NCBI GenBank assembly: GCA_020725385.1
Contig: DYFC01000003.1
Location: forward strand, 1 to 12,403
Reading direction: 5' to 3'
DNA from: Nitrospira japonica
GTDB taxonomy: Bacteria; Nitrospirota; Thermodesulfovibrionia; Thermodesulfovibrionales; SM23-35
Length of the DNA stretch: 12,403 nucleotides
Position numbers and translations under genes: made by a program. The notes under the pieces were generated by a model that worked only from the letters and a program-made list of their open reading frames with translations, did no database searches and was not told the origin of the DNA. Below are positions 6,106 through 12,403 of this stretch, one piece after another. Position 1 is the first letter of the stretch; the number at the start of each line of letters is the position of its first letter.

Positions 6106-8763
6106 TCATCCGGGATCCTTTATTCTTTTGAATAATTTCTCTAATTCTACCGCAAAGAACACTATAGAAGAGAGAATGAGTGTTAATATTAATTCATTAA
6201 GTGTTAAAGGTGAAGTTTTAAATACAGGATTTAAAAATGGAACATAAATAGTTGCCATCTGAAGCACAAAAGTTAAAATAAAAGCACCCATTAGAGGTTT
6301 GTTCGAAAATAATCCCAGACTGAATAAAGAAGCTTTTTCTGCCCTTATCGCAAGCACATGACCCATCTGGCTTAAGCATAACACCGTAAAAACCATTGTC
6401 TGCCAGTGGGTTAATCCATTTTTTATTGACCATGCCTGCGTAAAGATTGAGACAAAACCCATTAGCAATCCTACCCATATAATATGAATGCCGAGACCAT
6501 GGGCAAAAATACTTTCTTCAGGATGTCGAGGAGGTCTTTGCATTATTCTTTTTTCAGCGGGTTCTGCTGCAAGCGCAAGACCGGGCAGGCCATCTGTTAC
6601 GAGGTTTATCCAGAGGATATGTACGGGTAAAAGGGGGATAGGTAATCCAAAAAAAGGAGCAAGGGAAATTGTCCATATCTCTCCTGAATTGCTTGTCATT
6701 GTATATTTTATAAATTTACGAATATTATCAAAGATTCTTCTTCCTTCCTTTACTGCTTTGACGATTGTTGCAAAATTATCATCAAGTAATATCATATGAC
6801 TTGCTTCTTTGGAAACATCTGTTCCTGTAATTCCCATCGCAATACCAATATCAGCTCTTTTTAATGCAGGAGCATCATTTACTCCATCTCCTGTCATTGC
6901 AACAAATTGTCCTTTATCCTGCAATGCTCTAATTATCTTAAGTTTTTGTTCCGGCGCCACCCTTGCGTAAACTCTGATATGTTCAACTTTTGATTCAAAT
7001 TCCTCGATTGTAAGCTCTTCAAGCTCTTTACCTGTTATTATTGAATCGGAATTATTATCAATGATGCCCAATCTTCTGGCTATAGCTTGTGCTGTTACAG
7101 GATGATCTCCTGTTATCATTACTGGAATAATACCTGCTGTCTTACACATTGATACTGCTTCTTTTACCTCTTCACGGGGTGGGTCCATCATCGCAGTAAT
7201 GCCAAGAAAAATTAGGTTAGTCTCAATAATATCTGTCTGTATTTTTTCAGGAACAATTTCCATCTTTTTCATTGCAATACCAATTACTCTGAGACCTTCG
7301 GAAGCCATTTGCTCTGCTATTTTCAGAATTTCTTTTCTATTTATTTCTGTTAGACCTGTAGAAGCAAGAACATAAGAAGATTTATCAAGCAATGCTTCAA
7401 CAGCTCCTTTTGTGAAAGAAATGAATTCAGAGGAGGATATTCTGTGGATTGTTGTCATACACTTTCTTTCAGAATCGAATGGAATCTCCGATATTCTTGG
7501 ATAGCTTTGTTCCAGAGTTTTTTTATCGATTCCTGCACTTTTTGCAACTTCATAAAGAGCGATTTCAGTAGGATCGCCGATGATTTTACCTTCTTTATCA
7601 ACCGAAACGTCATTATTCAATACAAGCCCTGCCATTACAAAATCATAAGGAGAACTTTTTTTAAACTGTAAATCAAGTGTAATGTTTTTTCCCGTATTAT
7701 TTGCTCTGAAATCTTCGACTTTTAATATCTTATCATCAACATAAATCTGTTCTACAAACATCTTGTTTAAAGTTAGGGTTCCTGTTTTATCAGAACATAT
7801 ATAGGTCACGGAGCCAAGAGTCTCAACTGCGGGCAATTTTCTAATCAAAGTATTTTGCTTTACGAGTTTCTTTGCTCCGAGGGCAAGTGATATTGTTATA
7901 ACGGCCGGAAGAGCCTCGGGTATAGCGGCTACCGCAAGTGAAATTGATGTAAGAAGCATTAATAACGGAGGTTCTCCTCTGATGATTCCAAGAACAAAAA
8001 CAATTGCACAGATTATTAATACTGCAAACGCAAGTTTTTTCCCGAATTTAATAAGCCTCTTTTGTAAAGGTGTTTTTACTTCTTCCTGCTCCTGAAGCAT
8101 TGTGGCTATTTTGCCGAGCTCTGTTTGCATTCCTGTAGCTGTTACAATTCCTGCACCTCTACCGTAAGTTACAAAAGTACCTTTATACGCCATATTTTTT
8201 CTATCACCAAGAGGAATATTTTCACCGGAAATTGTTTCGGAAACTTTTTCAACAGGAATAGATTCTCCGGTAAGTGCAGCTTCTTCGACCATTAATCTTT
8301 GTGAGTCCGTTAATCTTAAATCAGCAGGAACAATTCGGCCTGCATCAAGAAATACAACGTCACCCGGAACTATTTCTGATGCCGGGATGTTTGTAGCAAC
8401 TCCATCTCTGCTTACTATTGCAAATGGAGCTGCCATTTTCTTTAATGCTGCCATTGCTTTCTCGGCTCTGTATTCCTGAACAAATCCTATTATTGCATTA
8501 AGAACAACGATTACAATAATTGCTATGGTATCTACAGGTTCACCTATAAATCCGGATATAATAGCAGCAGCAATCAGGACAAGAATCATAAAATCCTTGA
8601 ATTGATCAATGAACATCATGAAGACAGTCTTTTTTTTCTTTTCTTTCAGTTCATTGGGGCCATATTGTTCAAGACGTTTCAGTGCATCTTCCGGAGATAT
8701 TCCTTTCTCAGAAGTCCGCAATTCTTTATAAACGCTGTTTATGTCTTTCTGGTGCCAGTTCAT
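6106..8763 (-). CDS. Cation-translocating P-type ATPase, P2A (Ca2+-ATPase-like), 885 aa
   Basis: YGPNEL N-terminus, TGES phosphatase motif, AIPEALP in TM4, phosphorylation site [43 protein letters not shown] in TM6. Confidence 0.95.
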   Translation of the reverse strand: MNWHQKDINSVYKELRTSEKGISPEDALKRLEQYGPNELKEKKKKTVFMMFIDQFKDFMILVLIAAAIISGFIGEPVDTIAIIVIVVLNAIIGFVQEYRAEKAMAALKKMAAPFAIVSRDGVATNIPASEIVPGDVVFLDAGRIVPADLRLTDSQRLMVEEAALTGESIPVEKVSETISGENIPLGDRKNMAYKGTFVTYGRGAGIVTATGMQTELGKIATMLQEQEEVKTPLQKRLIKFGKKLAFAVLIICAIVFVLGIIRGEPPLLMLLTSISLAVAAIPEALPAVITISLALGAKKLVKQNTLIRKLPAVETLGSVTYICSDKTGTLTLNKMFVEQIYVDDKILKVEDFRANNTGKNITLDLQFKKSSPYDFVMAGLVLNNDVSVDKEGKIIGDPTEIALYEVAKSAGIDKKTLEQSYPRISEIPFDSERKCMTTIHRISSSEFISFTKGAVEALLDKSSYVLASTGLTEINRKEILKIAEQMASEGLRVIGIAMKKMEIVPEKIQTDIIETNLIFLGITAMMDPPREEVKEAVSMCKTAGIIPVMITGDHPVTAQAIARRLGIIDNNSDSIITGKELEELTIEEFESKVEHIRVYARVAPEQKLKIIRALQDKGQFVAMTGDGVNDAPALKRADIGIAMGITGTDVSKEASHMILLDDNFATIVKAVKEGRRIFDNIRKFIKYTMTSNSGEIWTISLAPFFGLPIPLLPVHILWINLVTDGLPGLALAAEPAEKRIMQRPPRHPEESIFAHGLGIHIIWVGLLMGFVSIFTQAWSIKNGLTHWQTMVFTVLCLSQMGHVLAIRAEKASLFSLGLFSNKPLMGAFILTFVLQMATIYVPFLNPVFKTSPLTLNELILTLILSSIVFFAVELEKLFKRIKDPG

Positions 8764-8770
8764 TTGATAG

Positions 8771-8776
8771 AGTGTA
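8771..8776 (-). promoter_or_regulatory. Putative -10 box for leaderless P-type ATPase transcript
   Basis: TACACT-ctatcaa-ATG (TANNNT, 7-nt spacer); no SD. Confidence 0.45.
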
Positions 8777-8823
8777 ATTAAATCTGATAATAAATTATTT
8801 GATAAAAATTATAAATTTTGTGG

Positions 8824-9522
8824 TCAATCACCTAAGTATGCTTTTCTGACTTTTTCATTGTTAAGTAAAAATTTGCTTTCTCCCTCAAAAGCAATTCTAC
8901 CATTTTCTATAACATATCCTCTATGTGAAAGTTTTAAAGCAGCCATTGCATTTTGTTCAACAAGAAGAATTGTTACACCTTCTTTATTTATTTCTTTTAT
9001 AGTCATAAATATTTTATTAACAATTATGGGTGCAAGTCCAAGTGATGGTTCATCAAGTAAAAGAAGTTTCGGGAAAGACATTAAAGCTCTGCTAATTGCG
9101 AGCATTTGCTGCTCTCCACCGCTTAATGTTCCACCTATCTGATTTTGTCTTTCTTTGAGAACAGGAAAAAGAGTGAAAATTCTCTTAAGCATTTCATCAA
9201 AATTTCCTTTTTCTGAAAATGCTCCCATCTCAAGATTCTCCCTGACAGTTAATTTCGGGAAGATTCTTCTACCCTCTGGAACCTGACTTATGCCTTTTTC
9301 TACAATCTTATGTGGTGGAGTATTTTTAATGCTTTCGGCCTCAAATAATATTTCTCCTTTGACAGGCCTTAGTATTCCGGATATTGTCATTAATGTTGTA
9401 GATTTCCCGGCCCCATTATTTCCTATAAGACAGACAATTTCACCTTGATTAACTTCTAAATCAATTCCCTTCAGAGCTTCTACATTTCCATAAAAAGTGT
9501 GAACACCTGTAAGTTTTAACAT
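8824..9522 (-). CDS. livF: Branched-chain amino acid ABC transporter ATP-binding protein LivF, 232 aa
   Basis: Walker A GNNGAGKST, VPEGRRIF, signature LSGGEQQMLAI, Walker B LLLDEPSLGLAP, VEQN, KAYLG. Start placed at ATG 9522 (MLKLTGVHTFYG), 7 nt after the livG stop, instead of 9630, which would overlap livG by about 100 nt. Confidence 0.93.
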   Translation of the reverse strand: MLKLTGVHTFYGNVEALKGIDLEVNQGEIVCLIGNNGAGKSTTLMTISGILRPVKGEILFEAESIKNTPPHKIVEKGISQVPEGRRIFPKLTVRENLEMGAFSEKGNFDEMLKRIFTLFPVLKERQNQIGGTLSGGEQQMLAISRALMSFPKLLLLDEPSLGLAPIIVNKIFMTIKEINKEGVTILLVEQNAMAALKLSHRGYVIENGRIAFEGESKFLLNNEKVRKAYLGD

Positions 9523-9529
9523 AATCTGG

Positions 9530-10291
9530 TTAATATTCCTTACCCAAATATGCTTCGATAACGAGTTGATTGTTTTTAATATCTTCAGGAATTCCTTCAG
9601 CAATTTTAACTCCATGATCCATGACAACAATCCACTCTGAAATCCCCATTACAACTTTCATATCGTGTTCTATGAGCAGTACTGTTTTTCCGAGTTTTTT
9701 CATATTTTCAATCAGCTCCATAACCTGTCCAGTTTCCTGTGGATTCATTCCTGCTGTAGGTTCATCAAGCAATATAAGGGATGGTTCCGATGCAAGGGCT
9801 CTTGCAATTTCAAGTTTTCTTTGTGCTCCGTATGGCAAACTACCAGATACAGTATTTGCAAAATCGTAAAGCCCAACAAACTCAAGGTATTCAATAGCTT
9901 TCTCTCTAATTATTCTCTCTTCCCGTCTGAATCTTCCAAGCCCGAAAACAGTATCAACAAGACCTGAAGATGTCCTGCAATGCTGGGCAACAATAATATT
10001 TTCAAGAACAGCCATTTCTTTAAATAACCTGATATTCTGAAATGTCCTTGCTATTCCGAGCTTTGCAATTTCATGGGGTTGAAGATTAACAATGTCTTTA
10101 CCAGAAAAAAATATTGAACCTTTAACAGGTTTGGTCAGTCCTGTAATGCAATTGAAAATTGTGGTTTTCCCTGCGCCATTCGGCCCTATAATGCTCATAA
10201 TCTGATTTTCTTTTACTCTCATATCAAGATCTTCAATTGCTTTTATTCCACCAAAGTGCATTGAAATATTCCTAAATTCTAAGAGATGCAC
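9530..10291 (-). CDS. livG: Branched-chain amino acid ABC transporter ATP-binding protein LivG, 253 aa
   Basis: GPNGAGKTT, IARTFQNIRLF, LPYGAQRKLEIARALA, LLDEPTAGMN, IEHDM, VIEAYLG. GTG start with GGAGG 5 nt upstream, overlapping the end of livM. Confidence 0.93.
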   Translation of the reverse strand: MHLLEFRNISMHFGGIKAIEDLDMRVKENQIMSIIGPNGAGKTTIFNCITGLTKPVKGSIFFSGKDIVNLQPHEIAKLGIARTFQNIRLFKEMAVLENIIVAQHCRTSSGLVDTVFGLGRFRREERIIREKAIEYLEFVGLYDFANTVSGSLPYGAQRKLEIARALASEPSLILLDEPTAGMNPQETGQVMELIENMKKLGKTVLLIEHDMKVVMGISEWIVVMDHGVKIAEGIPEDIKNNQLVIEAYLGKEY

Positions 10292-11399
10292 TTTTACCTC
10301 CGAGAATTCCTTGAGGTCGGAAAATCATAAGAATTACAAGTCCTGCACCAAGTGCGAGCATTCTATAAAGTTGAACTTCACGTAATAATTCTGGAAGAAG
10401 TACCAGTAAAAATGCCCCAACAACAACCCCGCTTATGCTTCCCGAGCCCCCGAGTATAACCATACATAAAATCAATACCGACTCCATAAAGGTAAAACTC
10501 TCGGGAGAAACAAATTGCATCTTTGCAGCAAAAATAGAGCCCGCGAGTCCTGCCCAGAAAGCTCCGAAAGCAAAAGAGTATAACTTATACATTGTAGTAT
10601 TAATTCCTATGGTAGAAGCAGCGATCTCATCTTCCCTTATTGCAATCCATGCGCGGCCAATTCTCGAATTATGTACCCTTTTTGTTATTAAAATTGTAAT
10701 TACTACAAAAAATATCAGTAAATAATAGAAATGCGTTAGCTTATAAAATGTGAATGAAAAAACAACAGGTGTTGATATTCCTGAAATTCCATTTGGCCCT
10801 TTTGTGAGGGTATCCCAGTTATTTAGAATCAACCTCACAATTTCTCCAAACCCCAGTGTTACTATTGCAAGATAATCACCTCTTAATCTTAAGGCCGGTA
10901 TAGCCAGAAGAAAACCTGCGATTGTGGTAAGTAACATAGAAAAAGGTAAAGCTGACCAGAATCCGATGCCAAGCTTTGTATTAAGCAAAGCATATGTATA
11001 AGCTCCAATAGCATAAAAAGCAACAAAACCAAGATTAAGAAGGCCAGCGAATCCAACAACTACATTCAGACCGAGAGCAAGGATAATATAAATGCAAGAA
11101 AGTATAGCAACATCAAGCACATAATCCCTCACAAAAAAAGGCATAACAAGTAAAACAGCGAATAATACATATCTCAAATAGATAGATTCATAAACGGGAG
11201 TGAGCAGATTGGATTCGAAAATATTATAAATTTTGTGCAAAGGGTCTTTAAATATATTCTTATATCTGAGTAATGATTTAAATAGAAGCAGGGTTAGTAG
11301 AATTATTATGAAAGAAATTAAAGCAGCCTTTAATCCCTTAAAGGGAAGAAAAAGTATAGCAAACCAGATAGAAATAATTAATGGGTTGATAAGCGACAT
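10272..11399 (-). CDS. livM: Branched-chain amino acid ABC transporter permease LivM, 375 aa
   Basis: LGLNVVVGFAGLLNLGFVAFYAIGAY, LRLRGDYLAIVTLGFGEI, GRAWIAIREDE, SPESFTF, FRPQGI. Confidence 0.92.
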   Translation of the reverse strand: MSLINPLIISIWFAILFLPFKGLKAALISFIIILLTLLLFKSLLRYKNIFKDPLHKIYNIFESNLLTPVYESIYLRYVLFAVLLVMPFFVRDYVLDVAILSCIYIILALGLNVVVGFAGLLNLGFVAFYAIGAYTYALLNTKLGIGFWSALPFSMLLTTIAGFLLAIPALRLRGDYLAIVTLGFGEIVRLILNNWDTLTKGPNGISGISTPVVFSFTFYKLTHFYYLLIFFVVITILITKRVHNSRIGRAWIAIREDEIAASTIGINTTMYKLYSFAFGAFWAGLAGSIFAAKMQFVSPESFTFMESVLILCMVILGGSGSISGVVVGAFLLVLLPELLREVQLYRMLALGAGLVILMIFRPQGILGGKSASLRI

Positions 11400-11402
11400 A
11401 TT

Positions 11403-12305
11403 TTAAACTTTCTCTAATTCTGCCTTTCTGAAAAGTCCTCCGGGTTTTACAAGTAATATAATTATCAAAATCACAAAAGCATAGGCATCTTTATATTCAC
11501 CCGAGATATAACTTCCACCGAGACTTTCAACGAGTCCGAGGAGCAAGCCACCAACCATTGCACCCCTTATACTTCCTATGCCACCAAGCACAGCAGCGGT
11601 GAAGGCCTTAATGCCCGCAATGTATCCGATGAAATAGTTTACAAGACCGTAATACATAGCAACCATTAGCCCTGCAACCGCTGCAAGTGCAGAACCAATT
11701 ATGAATGTAATTGATATTATGGTATCAATGTTTATTCCTACTAAAGATGCCATTGTCTTATCCTGTGCAACAGCTCTCATTGCTTTTCCAATTTTAGTCT
11801 TCCTAATAAAAATTCTAAGGAATAACATAATCAAAACAGAAACAATGATGATAAAAAACTGAACATATGTCATTCTTATTGACATGAAATAAAATCCTTT
11901 GGCTCCAAATAAATTGGGAAAGACTTTATCGGTTGCTCCCTGTGTTAGCATTACATAATTTTGAAGAAATATTGATACTCCTATTGCGCTTATTAAAGGA
12001 CTCAGACGGGGAGAATTACGCAAAGGTTTATATGCAATTTTCTCTATTGTAAAGCCATAGGCAGAACAAAAAATTATCGAAAGAAGAAAAGTTAGAACCA
12101 GAGATAAAAACATGCTATAGTTTGTTACTCCAAGGACTGTGAGGAATCCAAAGAATATAATTCCGAAATATGCGCCAAGCATATAGATTTCTCCATGAGC
12201 AAAATTAATTAGTTCAAGAATCCCGTAAACCATCGAATAACCTAATGCGATAAGCGCATATACACTGCCGAGGGTAATACCATTAATTAATTGTTGTAAA
12301 AGCAT
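11403..12305 (-). CDS. livH: Branched-chain amino acid ABC transporter permease LivH, 300 aa
   Basis: QQLINGITLGSVYALIALGYSMVYGIL..INFAHGE, GKAMRAVAQD, KAFTAAVLGGIGS, KPGGLF. Confidence 0.94.
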   Translation of the reverse strand: MLLQQLINGITLGSVYALIALGYSMVYGILELINFAHGEIYMLGAYFGIIFFGFLTVLGVTNYSMFLSLVLTFLLSIIFCSAYGFTIEKIAYKPLRNSPRLSPLISAIGVSIFLQNYVMLTQGATDKVFPNLFGAKGFYFMSIRMTYVQFFIIIVSVLIMLFLRIFIRKTKIGKAMRAVAQDKTMASLVGINIDTIISITFIIGSALAAVAGLMVAMYYGLVNYFIGYIAGIKAFTAAVLGGIGSIRGAMVGGLLLGLVESLGGSYISGEYKDAYAFVILIIILLVKPGGLFRKAELEKV

Positions 12306-12310
12306 GGTGA

Positions 12311-12319
12311 ATTTTAACA
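12311..12319 (-). promoter_or_regulatory. Putative extended -10 box for leaderless livH transcript
   Basis: TGt-TAAAAT-tcacc-ATG (extended -10, 5-nt spacer); no SD. Confidence 0.6.
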
Positions 12320-12348
12320 GAAAACATAAATAGTAGAAAAGGGCTCGA

Positions 12349-12403
12349 ATTGCCTCATCAAAAATCTAACTGAAAATGATTCATTGCCTCATTTAAAAAT
12401 CTA
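12349..12403. repeat. Imperfect direct repeat, two copies of 20-21 bp, period 34 bp, running to the window edge
   Basis: ATTGCCTCAT-C-AAAAATCTA (12349..12368) and ATTGCCTCAT-TT-AAAAATCTA (12383..12403). Confidence 0.8.

Noticed and set aside
8630-8637. T8 homopolymer near the ATPase 5' end as a phase-variation tract
   Set aside because: It encodes a normal lysine-rich KEKKKK stretch, the frame is intact, and such runs are common in AT-rich DNA.
9523-9630. 36-aa N-terminal extension of LivF
   Set aside because: It overlaps livG by about 100 nt, and the LivF-like sequence begins at Met 9522.
54-10725. Short alternative-frame or antisense ORFs (54..365, 2558..2740, 5324..5764, 5954..6247, 6218..6478, 6488..6799, 7444..7671, 8858..9142, 9621..9869, 9665..9967, 10435..10725)
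   Set aside because: All overlap well-supported genes wholly or largely and show no recognisable motifs; they are typical shadow ORFs.
12349-12403. CRISPR array
   Set aside because: Only two copies, a 14-nt spacer, no dyad symmetry, and no cas genes in the window.

Overview
AT-rich bacterial chromosomal window of 12.4 kb. On the + strand it starts with the 3' end of a hybrid sensor histidine kinase (end of HATPase_c plus receiver domain). Converging on it from the - strand, in order of transcription, are: livH-livM-livG-livF (branched-chain amino acid type ABC transporter, no binding protein in the window), a P2A-type cation ATPase, an M50 site-2 protease, a 696-aa membrane protein with a degenerate spermidine-synthase-like domain, the AmmeMemoRadiSam radical SAM enzyme AmrS, an unannotated 44-codon ORF, and an AmrB-AmrA (MEMO1+AMMECR1) fusion with a lipoprotein-like signal peptide. 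Main finding: the 44-aa ORF (1881..2015) encodes a twin-arginine leader followed by LHEAMFWRRVEDG, which resembles the N-terminal segment that the upstream AmrS lacks. This suggests a split, order-permuted AmrS or a dedicated Tat partner peptide in a possibly extracytoplasmic AmmeMemoRadiSam system. Second finding: all five - strand genes preceded by a gap of 20 nt or more have a TANNNT -10 box 5-7 nt before the ATG and no Shine-Dalgarno, which points to leaderless transcription. No RNA genes, mobile elements or CRISPR arrays were recognised.
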